A DNA stretch of 64,000 nt from positions 2,976,001 to 3,040,000 of the forward strand of contig CATOCA020000001.1 in NCBI GenBank assembly GCA_951406725.2, read 5' to 3'. The position numbers and the translations under genes were made by a program. Source of the stretch: Octopus vulgaris (lineage: Eukaryota). Of the stretch, positions 29,863-43,796 are shown piece by piece (positions within the stretch are counted from its first letter, which is position 1; each line of letters starts with the position of its first letter). The notes under the pieces were generated by a model. That model made no database searches. It saw only the letters and a list, made by a program, of their open reading frames with translations, and was not told where the DNA came from.

Positions 29863-30915
29863 TAATTGTGTGCGTTGTGTTCCGCTACTTCAATGAAAAA
29901 ATGTATGGTAAATAAACAAATGACGCAATATATATATATGCGCACATATATATATATATAAACATTCACTAACTCTTACGAACAGATGCGAAATCACTTC
30001 TTTGGTAAGTTACGATTTTCATTATATTATATCGGCCTTCTATTGGCCATTGTCCAGTCTCCTCAACAGCATTAAGGATGGGATAAAAAGGGTCTCCATC
30101 GTTAAGTCCTCATTAATTTGTGTCCGCAAATTACCTAAAATGTTTTTTTATGCTTTTATTTTTACTTCAATAATTTTCAGTTAACCCATTAGAATTGGCA
30201 CTGGCCACGTCGGGCCCAAATATTCTTCCTGATTTCTGTTGAAACTGCACAGATCAGCCCTTTCACAGCCACCATGCAAAGTTATTCTAAATGTAAGCAA
30301 TCACATAATCAAAATCTCAAAGCTAGAAGATAACGTATGTTTAATTGTAAACGATGTGAATAAGTAATTCATCTGAATGTTTAGGGAGTATCCCCTCCTA
30401 GCTGGTACACTAATGAAACAGCAATTCCATCTCAAATTACAAGTGGGGTCTTTTTAAGAACACATTTCAGGTTTGAGGGAGTGGTTAAGAATGTTAGTAG
30501 TACAAAAAATCGGGTCGGTATTTTTCTTAGTAGTTGAGTTTTGTTAATTATTGTTTGAAGCCGAGAAGGGTCAAATGACAGTAGAGGCGGTTGAAATGCA
30601 AAGAATTTGAAGAAATTTGTGATGTGTGTTGGTGAGATTTGGGAGGCTGAGAGGAGGATGAAAAAGCGATTGATTATAATTTGCTTCGTTTGATTTAGGG
30701 CCATTTTTATTTGTTCACTAGCAGTATTACTCACCTCGTGCGCTCGTGCGTTCTATGCACGCGCGAATTAATCCAAACTTGGTTTTAAAATCAAGCATTT
30801 AATGACCTCTATTTTTGCGCTTAAGTGTACCATTTCCTCAATAGGAAGTACGTATAAGTGTTTCATAATTTTTTTTTGATCAAATAATTGCATTGTTGAA
30901 TTATTCTTTTAGATC

Positions 30916-31708
30916 AGTATTTCTCAACGGGGATTTCAGAGGAGAGTTTCAGGGAGTCGCTGGCGATGTATCGTGATGATCAAAAATCCGGCCTGCTAAA
31001 ATTTGGTTAGTGATTCAAACTGCAGACTCAACGCAAAATGGTCATATTTAATTCAAAGCGTTAAAAATGTTATGAAAACAATTGGTATGAGTTCACAAAG
31101 TCCAAACGATTAATACGAAAAAACCCTCCAGGCTACACCCCGAAAATTCATTTCGTTGCCGAATTTCTACAATGTTTACGGCGATTCGTTTTTATATCTT
31201 GATTTGTTTATTTTTCATGCAATTTACGCATGCTTGCACGCGTGGTGAACACAGTTCACGTCAAACAGCTGACTGAGTAAAGTTCACTATTCAATGCATG
31301 GGAGAAGGCCTAAACAAACACATTATCGATTTTTGCACTTGCGAGATGAATTTCGGAACAGAAATAGCGCAGTTCAATTTTCATTCGCCTAAACTTTAAG
31401 TGACCCATGTTTGGTGATTCTACGATTTGTTGGCTAGGAGGAGATGTGCCGGGAAGTAAAAGACACAGACACACACACAGATACACAGACAGACACACAA
31501 GTTGAGTTTTATATATATAGATTTACGTTCATGCTTTATTCTTGTTTTCAGTAAAAAAAAATAAGTAAAATGAAATCATGATAGTTCATTTAAGGAAAAC
31601 TTTGTATGAACGCTTCTAAAACTGGGGTACAGGAAAAATCCTTTGTTACCATACAGTTGCTTGTGGGGTCCCATCGGATTTAACGAACCAACCGGGTTTA
31701 CAACCACT
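30916..31708. mobile_element. Possible decayed hAT-like MITE with a nested Helitron-like repeat end
   Basis: Imperfect TIRs cagtatttctcaac / gtttacaaccactg. Internal ...gacacacaagttgagttttatatatatagat at ~31490-31522. Target duplications do not match. Confidence 0.3.
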
Positions 31709-32067
31709 GTGTATTTAGGGTCTACGAAACTCATGGTTCACTAGTTTTGTAAATATATTAGACCCCACCCCCGAAGATGGTTACAGAGTGTAGGAGTGCG
31801 TTTGTGTTTGTGTGTGTGTGTTTGGTGTTTTCTTTGATATTATTACGCGTTAAATCTATAATATTTTTATAAATTTCTTCACACTAATTTATCGAAATTT
31901 AATTTTTGAGCTTTAAATATCCAATCACGAAAACAAAACTATATTTGTCATGTGGACCAGGTGTGAATTTTAGTTGCTTCGGAGAATCTGCAATTTGAAG
32001 TTAATAACATTGAAATCTCTGACATTTCCTATTTTCTTCTTTTACAGATAAATCTACGCCTGGCAAT

Positions 32068-32258
32068 ATGTTTCACCACGTAGTATCATATAGACGGTCT
32101 CTTGTGTTGATACTGTGTACGATATTGTTTTTGGAGACTCAAGCTGATTCAGATATATGCAACACATGTAATTGCAATTCACTTACAACGAGAATAAATT
32201 GTATAAATCGCAATTTACTATCAATTCCACAGCCAATTCCGACGAATGTTAAATATTT
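32068..32258 (+). CDS. LRR protein first coding exon: signal peptide + LRRNT cap
   Basis: Acceptor ttttcttcttttacAG ends at 32047; ATG at 32068. MFHHVVSYRRSLVLILCTILFLETQA-DSDICNTCNCNSLTTRINCINRNLLSIPQPIPTNVKY. Ends TT|GTAAGT (phase 2). Confidence 0.92.
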
Positions 32259-34599
32259 GTAAGTATTTGACACTTTCTACGTATTTTCCACATCCAATAT
32301 TTTAAATTCTCATTGATTATGTTCTCAGCTAATCGCTTATGCTGTTTATCTCACAGCTTTAAGCACAATCTTATGTTAGAGTAAAACAAATCGATATGTT
32401 ACCTGTTGTGAAGTCAAATAAACTGTTTCCTACCATATTGAATTTATAATATATAACATCGCATACACAGAGATTGGATATGACTAGTATCTGTCTTTGA
32501 TGTCATTTGTCTGAACTTATCAAATCTTACGGTATATTCAATGAACGGACAGTGTAAAAACTTTAGTGCTAAGAAAACGTGTATTCCACATAGTTATATT
32601 ATATCATTAATTAGTTGAATTGTTGCTTATTATTACAGTAATATGATATATCAGTTGATCGTGTCACAGAATAATTGTTAATTATTTTTTTTGTTAATTT
32701 TATAATAGAATATGCAGCGAGCTATCAGAATCGTTGTGCACGCCAGACAAAATGTTGAGCGGTATTTCGTTCGTCTTTACGTTTCGATTTTAAATTCTGT
32801 CGAGGTTGACTTTGTTTTTCATTCTTTTGGAGTCGGTAAAATAAATAGCAATTTATCTCTGAGATCAATGTAAAGGACTTGTCCCTTTCCCAAAATTTCA
32901 GGTTTGTTCCTATGGAAGAAATTATTATTTTTATAATTAAAAATGAAACAGATGGATTAAACAGCAGATAATGACGAGATCCGCTTAAATTGCCAAATTC
33001 TTAAAATACCTAAGTGAAGAAATCAAAATAGTGTTATTTTAACAAATTATGAGGAATTTATTTTTGATAGAATGTCATCAGTAAAATTTACCCTATCATG
33101 AACACAATAAACCTTATTACAAAATTATAGAAGGTTAATTGAAGTTTCGGCTGATTGATGTATCCCCGTTCACCTGAAAACTTACGTAATTTTTAAGTAA
33201 ATTATTAAAATTTAACGTCTCAAGAAATGGAATAGAATAAAAAAGAGTAATTATTTGATACATGCAATCATAACAAATACTCTGTTGGAACACATTGCTC
33301 TTCCAGGTGATTATTTCCAGTTAATTGGCTTACATCATTGCATTAATCACCTTAAACTTTCAGTTTTAATCAAATATTCTAATACTAAAGTGGATCAATT
33401 CATTCGATCAGATCTATTTCTCAAAACATTTGGAACGTTTTGACAAAATGAGAAATCCTAATGTAAAATAAAGAGAAAAGTTTCAATAATGGAATTCCTA
33501 AATCTCGTATAACTCAAGATGTTGAATAGTAAAGTTGAAGTTCTGTTTAATAAGTTAGATATTTTCATCGTTCATAACTTGAGCGAGGTTTGGCACAAAT
33601 CATTTGACCGTCTAGCAGAATACATTGCGTTCTGACACACGGCAATCTGACTTCAAGTCCCGCTAAGGTCAACCTTGCGTCATTCATTTCCGAGATCAAT
33701 AAAAACTTATAACAGTTCAATGAACAAATGCAACTATGACGACGTCGAATATGACACCTTGCAGTATATTGTCTAGTTGTTTGTGATCTGAGTTAAAATC
33801 CCACACTTTTTATTTTACCGATTTTGAAAAAAGGATCAGACACGTTTTATAACTCCTGCAAGATCTCCAATACTTGTGAGGCAGATATCATTAATATTCC
33901 GTTTGAGCTGTTGCAGGTCAACCTTTACAGGAATAATGAAGAGGGATGCTACTTAGGGGAGGAAGGATTTAGCATAGGTAGTTAATAATGGGAACAAACT
34001 GAGGTTTAATACAACAAGAAAAAGAAGCAAAGGACTAAAAAAAGACGAAAAAACTAAGGCAATGTATGTAATCACATCCCTTTTTTAAATAACACCCTAA
34101 GCCAGTTAAATCACCATGTAAGGTTGTTCTCCTTTGTAGCACATGACTCAAAATTATATCAGGGTTTCCCCACTCTGCCTTCACCAATTCTATTAATAAA
34201 TCCCTTTCTATTTCTGTTATGTTTTCCTTCCTAGTCTATTATTTCAGTCTTGAAGTTTTGGGGGTTTATTTTTGTGAAGAACTTTTATGCATCAATTATG
34301 CAAAGGAAAGGAGTTTACTTTTGCAAAGATAAATTACTTTTGACAGCAAAGTGTAATAACAAATAGAATGCTCATTGGACAGAAACAAGATATTTATAAA
34401 TAAAGCTGACTTCTGAGATGATAAAAATATCTTCCACTGAAAACTGATGTTGCAACGAATGCTTTGTAAATCTAATTCAAATCACAAATATTTTGAACAT
34501 CCATTCTTTTCTCATATTTTACATGCATGTGTGTTTTTCATTCATACTTTACGTGGTGACTTAAATCCGTTTTATATCTTATATAATAAACTACCCGTA

Positions 34600-35365
34600 A
34601 ATCGAACAGAACCTTCGTGAAGAAGAAAAGAAAGCCTTACAAACTGAAGAATGACAATTCAATCATCCTAAAAGAAACCGATTAGGGAAGGGTGATAGCA
34701 GTCACGGACCAAGACTACTATAAAAATAAAATATTGGAAACAGACTAATCCTGCTACAAGGAAGAACCAAGACACCCGGAAAAAGTAATAGTGAATACAC
34801 TCAAAAGTCTGATAAATGAATACCAACGTTCATTCACAGATAAAGAGAAAGATTATTTATGCAGCTCTGTAATGAAAGAGAGTAATTTCTATGGATCACC
34901 CAAGATCTGCGAATGCTCCAAAATGCAAGGATCAGCATATAAAAATACTAAGACCTACTGACATCAAATTGAGACCAACAGTTGCTGGACCTTGAGCCCC
35001 AACACAACAACTGAGCCATCTTTTGGATATACTCCGCAAACCGTTATGCCCATTAATGGCCAGCTATACCCGAGACGATATGGATTTCCTCAAGCACATT
35101 CCACCCACTGTCCCAGAACGTACTATAGTGACAAGTTTTGATTAATTTTTACACTAATACACATCACACTTTGGGCCTGGAAGCAATCAAACACTGGGTA
35201 GAAAAACATAGCGGACGGATGGACGAACGCTTCAAAACGCATTTCCAAAGACACACGCCGGGAACTAGAAGACAACACCTTTAGATTCGATAATAAACTA
35301 TATCGACAGATAAAAAGGACATCACTACGGGGACGAGGTTCGCACACATACTCGCACCCAGAGGT
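34600..35365 (+). mobile_element. Decayed PLE reverse transcriptase fragment in the first coding intron
   Basis: LKNDNSIILKETD*G..., FYGSPKI, LRPTVAGP, LSHLLDILRKPL, DDMDFL, GLEAIKHW, NTFRFDNKLYRQIK. Confidence 0.8.
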
Positions 35366-35764
35366 AGATATACATATGTGTGTATATTTCTGAGTGTATA
35401 TGTGTGTATATTTCTGAGTGTATATATGTGTATGTGCTTATATGTGCATACATGTGCGTGTATGTGTGTGGATGTGTGTGTTGGTACATAGAGACGCAAG
35501 TCAAGTAAGAAATAAACATGAAACAGCTGCCACATTGAGACATTCTTCTTCTTCTTCTTCTTTTTCTTCCTCTTCTTCTTCTTCTTCTTCTTCTTCTTCT
35601 TCTTCTTCTTCTTCTTCTTCTTCTTCTTCTTCTTCTTCTTCTTCTTCGTCTTCTTCTTCTTCTTCTTCTTCTTCTTCTCCGTCTTCTTCTTCGTCTTCTT
35701 CTTCTTCTTCTTCTTCTTCTTCTTCTTCTTCTTCTTCTTCTTCTTCTTCCTCCTCCTCCTTCTT

Positions 35765-35795
<31 letters not shown>

Positions 35796-35868
35796 TTATT
35801 ATTATTATTATTATTATTATTCTTCTTCTTCTTCTTCTTCTTCTTCTTCTTCTTCTTTTTCTTCTTCG

Positions 35869-35899
<31 letters not shown>

Positions 35900-36032
35900 C
35901 CTCCTCTTGGTCTTCTTCTTCTTCTTATTATTATTATTCATCTTCTTCTTCTTCTTCTTCGTCTTCTTCTTTTTCTTCTTCTTCTTCTTCTTGTAATCTT
36001 CATCTTCTACGCCTTTTATTTCTTCTTCTGTT

Positions 36033-36064
<32 letters not shown>

Positions 36065-36354
36065 TTCTTTATCTTCTTCTTCTTCTTCTTCTTCTTCTTC
36101 TTCTTCTTCTCCTTTCTCCTTTCTTCTTCTTCTACTTCTCCTTCTGTCTTTCAATCCTTTTTCGGTTTTCATCTTGAACTCCTTCATTTTCCATGTCTAC
36201 TTTTTCTTGTTCTTGTTCTTCTTGTTCTTGTTGTTCTTCTTCTTCTTCGTTATCTTTCTTCTTCTTCTTCCTTTCATTCTGAAGTCACAGTTTTTGGTGT
36301 TTTCTCACAAATATTTTCAATATAATCTATTTTACTCTTTCTTTACTGCTATAG

Positions 36355-36426
36355 AAATCTTGAAGGGAACAACATTGCAACCATCAAAGAAGGAGCATTC
36401 ACGGGGCTTTCGAATTTAAAGACATT
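36355..36426 (+). CDS. LRR cassette exon A1 (72 nt)
   Basis: tAG|A...TT|GTAAGT; (L)NLEGNNIATIKEGAFTGLSNLKT. Confidence 0.92.
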
Positions 36427-37610
36427 GTAAGTTCGTTCAGTTTCTTGATACTATTATCCGAAAGTAATAATTGATGCTGATATATAAGCTCACAAATGTA
36501 TAAAATTTCAGACTGCGCCAAACAAAATCAATTCAAATTTGTAGAATGAACACGATTTAGGAAGATACAAAGAGAATATGAGAGAGCGAGACAATGTGAA
36601 AGAAAGAGAGAGAATTTGGGGGAGAAAGTGAAATAATAGGAAAAATATAATGTTCCTTTATTGTAGTTGCTTTGTTTCAATTCGCATCTCAATAACTCAT
36701 TTTTGTTCCCCAAATTTCAATGATTTTGATATGAATTTGTATTAGAAATGGTAACGTTTGTGAGTTCACATGTTTGCATCAAATATGTTTAGCTGAAGTA
36801 TATATGTATGTTCATATATAAGTGTAGTTCTGTGTGAAATGTGACTATATTATTCCTTTATTTTATATTTTGCATCCTCCTCCATTTCTTATTTCAATAT
36901 TCTCCTTCGTATTTCGATATTATCATTCAACTTCGAATTTTGTCATTCACTTCACGTTATTTATGTAATAGAGCAACTGAAGTGGAAGCGGAAAATATAT
37001 ATTCGAATAATATAGTCACATACATTCTATCTGTAAACCTGAAATACTTACTGTACTTGTAAGCTGGAATATTTGGCCTGATACAATTAAACTGCTGATA
37101 TATTTCTTGTAAGCGTGTGTTTTCTAATATTCTTGTGACAATGAAGCGATATGAAATAAATAATCTCTCTCACCATATTTCCACAAGGGTGAGTGGGAAT
37201 ATGTGTGATGTGAGTGTCCGTATCACCTTACGTCGTTGATATTATCAATATAGGTATGTGTATGAGTGCATTTGGATATGTTGATTTCTGAAACCGTATA
37301 TTCCCTGACCTTTTAGCCAAGTTCTCTCCTTCAAACGTTTGTTCCCTGTCCCTGAAATATCTCCTGTTTTTTCTTTGACTACATTTTCTCTTTCACCTTC
37401 TTGAACACCATGATTTTCAATGTGTCTTCTTCTTCTTCTTCTTCTTCTTCTTCTTCTTCTTCTTCTTCTTCTTCTTCTTCTTCTTCTTCTTCTTCTTCTT
37501 CTCCTCCTTCTTCTTCTTCTTCTTCTTCTTCTTCTTCTTCTTCTTCTTCTTCTTCTTCTTCTTCTTCTTCTTCTTCTTCTCCTTCAACTTCTTCTTCTTC
37601 TTCTCCTTCA

Positions 37611-37641
<31 letters not shown>

Positions 37642-37681
37642 CTTCTCCTCCTCCTTCTTCTTCTTCTTCTTCTTCTAATTC

Positions 37682-37713
<32 letters not shown>

Positions 37714-37726
37714 CTCCTCTACTTCA

Positions 37727-37757
<31 letters not shown>

Positions 37758-37823
37758 CTTCCTCCTCCTCCTCCTTCTTCTTCTTCTTCTTCTTCTTCTT
37801 CTTCTTCTTCTTCTTCTTCTTCA

Positions 37824-37906
<83 letters not shown>

Positions 37907-37957
37907 TTCTTCTTCTTCTTCTTCTTCTTCTTCTCCTTCTTCTTCTTCTTCTTCTTC

Positions 37958-37988
<31 letters not shown>

Positions 37989-38163
37989 CCTTTCTTCTTC
38001 TTCTTCTTCTTCTCCTTCTTCTTCTTCTTCTTCTCCTTCCTTCTTTTTCTTCTTCTTCTTCTTCTTCTTCTTCTTCTTCTTCTCCTCCTCCCCCCACCCT
38101 CCCCATCTTCCTTCTTCTTCTTCTTCTTCTTCTTCTTCTTCTCCTCCTCCTCCTTCTCCTTCA

Positions 38164-38194
<31 letters not shown>

Positions 38195-38342
38195 CTTCTC
38201 CTCCTCCTCCTCCTCCTTCTTCTTCTTCTTCTTCTTCTTCTTCTTCTTCTTCTTCTCCTTCAACTTCTTCTTCTTCCTCTTCTTCTTCTTCTTCCTTCTT
38301 TCTTCTTCTTCTTCTTCTTCTCTTCTTCTTCTTCTTCTTCTT

Positions 38343-38373
<31 letters not shown>

Positions 38374-38829
38374 TTTCATAAACTTACTCCCGTACTTTCT
38401 GCTTCGTCAGTTTTCTCCTTTTTCTTTCTCTTCTACTCTTTTCTGCTATTCTCATTCTCCTCCTTCCCATTCTGCACCTCTTCTCTTCTCTCCTCCCCTC
38501 TCTTCCTCCAATCTCCTTTTTCTCCTCCTCCACGCCTTCTCCACTTTTCCCGCCCCCTACATATCACCTTTCCCACCTCCTCATCCCCTCATCCCCCTTC
38601 TACCCCTCCTCATTCTTCTCATTCTCCTCCCCTTCTCGTCACCCCTACCCGCTTCCTCTCATCCCCGTACGTCTTCTTCTTTTCTTCTTCTTCTACTTCT
38701 TCTTCTTCTTGTTCTTCTTCTTCATTATCCCTATTCTTTCTCTCTCTTTCATTCTAAAGTCACAGTGTTTGATGTCGTATCACAAATATTTTCCATATAA
38801 TCTATTTTACTCTTTCTTTACTGCTATAG

Positions 38830-38901
38830 AAATCTTTGGAACAACAACATTGCAACCATCAAAGAAGGTGCATTCACGGGGCTTTCGAATTTAAAGACAT
38901 T
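38830..38901 (+). CDS. LRR cassette exon A2 (72 nt)
   Basis: tAG|A...TT|GTAAGT; (L)NLWNNNIATIKEGAFTGLSNLKT. Confidence 0.92.
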
Positions 38902-41177
38902 GTAAGTTCGTTTAGTTTCTTGATACTATTATCCGAAAGTAATAATTGATGCTGATATATAAGCTCACAAATGTATAAAATTTCAGACTGCGCCAAACAA
39001 AATCAATTCAAATTTGTAGAATGAACACGATTTAGGTAGATACAAAGAGAATATGAGAGAGCGAGACAATGTGAAAGAAAGAGAGAGAATTTGGGGGAGA
39101 AAGTGAAATAATGGGAAAAATATAATGTTCCTTTATTGTAGTTGCTTTGTTTCAATTCGCATCTCAATAACTCATTTTTGTTCCACAAATTTCAATGATT
39201 TTGATATGAATTTGTATTAGAAATGGTAACGTTTGTGAGTTCACATGTTTGCATCAAATATTTTTAGCTGAAGTATATGTGTATGTTCATATATAAGTGT
39301 AGTTCTGTGTGAAATAAGAATATATTATTCCTTTATTTTATATTTTGCATCTTCCTCCATTTCTTATTTCAATATTCTCCTTCGTGTTTCGATATTATCA
39401 CACCAACTTCGAATTTTATCATTCACTTCACGTTATTTATGTAATAGAGCAACTGAAGTGGAAGCGGAAAATATAAATTCGAATAATATAGTCACATACA
39501 TTCTATCTGTAAACCTGAAATACTTACTGTACATGTAAGCTGGAATATTTGGCCTGATACAATTAAACAGCTGATATATTTCTTGTGAGCGTGTGTTTTC
39601 TAATATTCTTGTGACAATGAAGCGATATGAAATAAATAATATCTCTCACCATATTTCCGCAAGGGTGAGTGGGAATATGTGTGATGTGAGTGTGCATACC
39701 GCATTCCGTCGTTGATACTATGAATATAAGAATGCGTATGAGTGCATTTGAATATGTTGATTTCTGATTCCGTATATTCCCTGATTTTTCAGCCATGTCT
39801 TCTCGCCCAAAATCTTTCATTCTATCCTTGAATTATTTCCTGATGTTTGGAGAACATTTTCAGTTTCATCTTAAACACCATGATTTTCAATGTGTCTTCT
39901 TCTTCTTCTTCTTCTTCTTCTTCTTCTTCTTCTTCTTCTTCTTCTTCTTCTTCTTCTTCTTCTTCTTCTTCTTCTTCTTCTTCTTCTTCTACTTTCAACT
40001 TCTTCATCTACCCTTCCTCCTCCTCCTCCTTCTTCTTATTATTATTCTTTATTCTTTTTCTTCTACACCTACTTTTTCCCTATCATCCTCTTCCTCCTCC
40101 TTTTTCCTCTTCCTTTCTTCTACTTCTTTTTTCATCTTCTTTTTTTCTACCCAATCCTCTCTGCCCCTCCTCCTCCTTTTTCTTCTTGTAATTCTCCTCC
40201 TCCCTTCCACTCCTGCTCCTTTTCTTCTTCTGCTTCTTCTTCTAATTCTTCTTCTTCTTCTTCCTCCTCCTTCTTTCTTTTCTTCTTCTCATTCTTCTAT
40301 TTCTTTTTTTTCTTCTTATATTCTTCTTCTTCTTTTACTTCTTTATCTACTTCTCCTCCTACCCCCCTTTCTTCTTATATTCTTCTTTTTATTATTCTCA
40401 TCCTCCTCCTCCTTCTCCTTCATCTTCTTCTCCTTTTTCATCTTCTCCTACTTATTCTCCCCCTTCATACTCCTACTCCTCCTCCTTTTTCCTCTTCTTC
40501 CTTCTTCTTCTTCTTCTTCTTCTTCTTCTTCTACATCTCCTCCTCCTCCTTCTCCTTCTTAACTTCTGTTTTTGTTATTCTCTTTCTCCTCCTCCTCCTC
40601 CTCCTCCTCCTCTTTCTTCTTCTTCATCTTCTTTTTCCTGCTTCAACTTCTTCTACGTCTTCTTCTTCTTCTTCCCTTCCTTCTTCTTGCAATTCTTCTT
40701 CTTCCCCTTCTTCTTCTTCCCTTCCTTCTTCTTCTTCTTCTTCTTCTTCTTCTTCTCCTTCTTCTTCTCCTTCTTCTTCTTCTTCTTCTTCTCCTTTCTT
40801 CTTTCTACTTCTTCATCTAATTCTCCTCCTCCTCTTCCTCGTCTTTCTTATTCTTATCTTCTTCTTCTTGTTATTCTCTTCCTCCTCCTCCTCCTCCTCC
40901 TCCTTCTTCTTCTTTTACTTTTTCTCCTACATCTTCTTCCCTTTTATCATCCTCCTCCTCCTTTTTCCTCCTATTCCTTCTTGCTCTTCTTTTTCTTCTA
41001 CTTCTTCTTTCTTCTTCTTCTAATTCTTCTTCGCCTCCTCCTCTTCCTTCTTCTTCGTCTTTTTCTTCTTCGTTATCTTTTTTCTTTTTCTTCCTTTCAT
41101 TCTGCAGTCACAGTGTTTGATGTTGTATCACAAATATTTTCCATATAATCTATTTTACTCTTTCTTTACTGCGATAG

Positions 41178-41204
41178 AGATCTTGGAGGGAACAACATTT
41201 CAAC
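41178..41204 (+). pseudogene. Truncated type-A LRR cassette
   Basis: Type-A acceptor module, then DLGGNNIS, breaking at caac into a CTT tract; no donor. Confidence 0.85.
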
Positions 41205-41428
41205 TTCTCCTACATCTTCTCCCCCCTCCTCTTCCTCCTTATCTTCTTTTCCCCTTCCCCCTCCTCCCCTTTCTTCTTCTTCTTCTTCTTCTTCTTCTTC
41301 GTCTTCTCCTTTTCTTCTTCATTTCGTATTATTTTCCTATAATTTGTCCCTTTTCATAAAGAACAATATTGAATATGTTATCGCAATTCACACTATGTCA
41401 ATCTAACCAATATTGTTTCCTGCTTCAG

Positions 41429-41500
41429 ACGTCTTTCCTACAATAAAATTTCAAGGATTGAAAAAGAGATGTTTCAAGGCCTTCACGACTTAGAGATATT
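41429..41500 (+). pseudogene. LRR cassette B1 with mutated splice donor
   Basis: cAG|(L)RLSYNKISRIEKEMFQGLHDLEI followed by ATAAGT instead of GTAAGT. Confidence 0.8.
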
Positions 41501-42538
41501 ATAAGTTCTTTCAATGTTGTCTTTTATACATGAGGAATATACTATGTCTTTAAATTTAATATCCCCTTATTTCCATGTTTTCTCACTCTCTATTACTGTA
41601 AATCATATTCAGTTCTCATATTCGTGTTATATTTATTTGATTGAGTCTGAACATGTCAATGACTGTCAGTTGATAATTGTCTGCATAAAAATGTTATTCC
41701 TGCAAATATATATGTGTATGTTCATATGTATGTATGTATCTGCACTATTAATATAAGTTTTAGCTACTATTTTCTTACACATTGTTCTCTTGATTCTGTG
41801 GTGCCGTGTGGTTATTTATCCACACTTCCACCGAGATAATTTTTTTGTTATTGTTGTTGTTGTTGTTATGTTCTTCTTCTTGTAATTATCCTTTTCCCCT
41901 CCTCCCCCACCTCCCTCTCCTCCATTTTCTTCTTATTATTATTATTGCAATTCTCCTCCTCAACCTCCCCTCTTCGTCCTACTCATCATCCTTTTTCTTC
42001 AGTTTCTTCGTTCTCTTCTATTTTTCTTCTTCTTCATCTTCTTCTTCTTCTTCTCCTTTCCTTCTTCATCTTCTCCATGTTCCTCTTCTTCTTCTACTTC
42101 TTTCTCTTCTTTGTCTTCTTCTTTTTCTTCTTATTCTTTTTCTTCTTTTTCTTCTCTGTACTTTCTGCTCCGACACTGTTCTCCCTCTTTTCCATTCTCT
42201 GCCAATTCTTCATCTTATTCTCAGTCTCCTGTCCCTCCTGCTCCTTCTGCAGCTACCCCCAGCTGCCCCTCCTCAGTCATCCCTTCCTTTGTCCTCCTCC
42301 TAACATCCCCGCCTCTCCACCTCCTCGTCAATTCTCCTTCCTCTTCTTCTTCTTCTTCTTTCTTCTTCTTCTTCTTCTTCTTCTTCTTCTCCTTCTCCTT
42401 TCTAGTTCTTCTTCTTCTTCTTCTTCTTCTTCGTAATCTTTCTTCTTTTTCTTCCTTTCATTCTCAAGTCACAGTGTTTGATGTCGTATCACAAATATTT
42501 TCCATATAATCTATTTTACTCTTTCTTTACTGCTATAG

Positions 42539-42610
42539 AGATCTTGGAGGGAACAACATTTCAACCATCAAAGAAGGTGCATTCACGGGGCTTTCAAATT
42601 TAAAGAAATT
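42539..42610 (+). CDS. LRR cassette exon A3 (72 nt)
   Basis: AG/GT intact; (L)DLGGNNISTIKEGAFTGLSNLKK. Confidence 0.92.
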
Positions 42611-43765
42611 GTAAGTTCGTTTAATTTCTTGATACTATTTTCCGAAAGTAATAATTGATGCTGATATATAAGCTCACAAAAGTATAAAATTTCAGACTGC
42701 ACCAAACAAAATCAATTCGAATTTGTAGAATGAATATGATTTAGGAAGATACAAAAAGAATATGAGAGAGCGAGACAATGTGAAAGAAAGAGAGAGAAAG
42801 TGAAATAATAGGAAAAATATAATGTTCCTTTATTGTAGTTGCTTTGTTTCAATTCGCATCTCAATAACTCATTTTTGTTCCACAAATTTCAATGATTTTG
42901 ATATGAATTTGTATTAGAAATGGTAACGTTTGTGAGTTTACATGTTTGCATCAAATATTTTTAGCTGAAGTATATGTGTATGTTCATATATAAGTGTAGT
43001 TCTGTGTGAAAGGTGAATATATTATTCTTTTATTTTATATTTTACATCCTCCTCCATTTCTTATTTCAATATTCTCCTTCGTGTTTCGATATTATCATTC
43101 AACTTCGAATTTTGTCATTCACTTCACGTTATTTATGTAATAGAGCAACTGAAGTGGAAGCGGAAAATATATATTAGAATAATATAGTCACATACATTCT
43201 ATCTGTAAACCTGAAATACTTACTGTACTTGTAAGCTGGAATATTTGGCCTGATACAATTAAACTGCTGATATATTTCTTGTAAGCGTGTGTTTTCTAAT
43301 ATTCTTGTGACAATGAAGCGATATGAAATAAATAATCTCTCTCACCATATTTCCGCAAGGGTGAGTGGGAATATGTGTGATGTAAGTGTGCATAGCGCAT
43401 TCCGTCGTTGATACTATGAATATAAGAATGCGTATGAGTGCATTTGAATATGTTGATTTCTGATTCCGTATATTCCCTGATTTTTCTGCCATGTCTTCTC
43501 GCCCAAAATTTATCGATCTCTCCTTGAATTATTTCCTGATATTATGAGAACATTTTCAGTTTCGTCTTGAACACCATGATTTTCAACGTATCTTCTTCTT
43601 GTTCGTCTTCTTCTTGTTCTTGTTCTTCTTCTTCTTTCACTTCTTCTTCTCCTTCTTCTTCTTCTTCTTCTTCTTCTTCTTCTTCTTCTTCTTCTTCTCC
43701 TTCTTCTTCTTCTTCTTCTTCTTCTTCTTCTTCTTCTTCTTCTTCTTCTTCTCCTCCTCCTCCTT

Positions 43766-43796
<31 letters not shown>

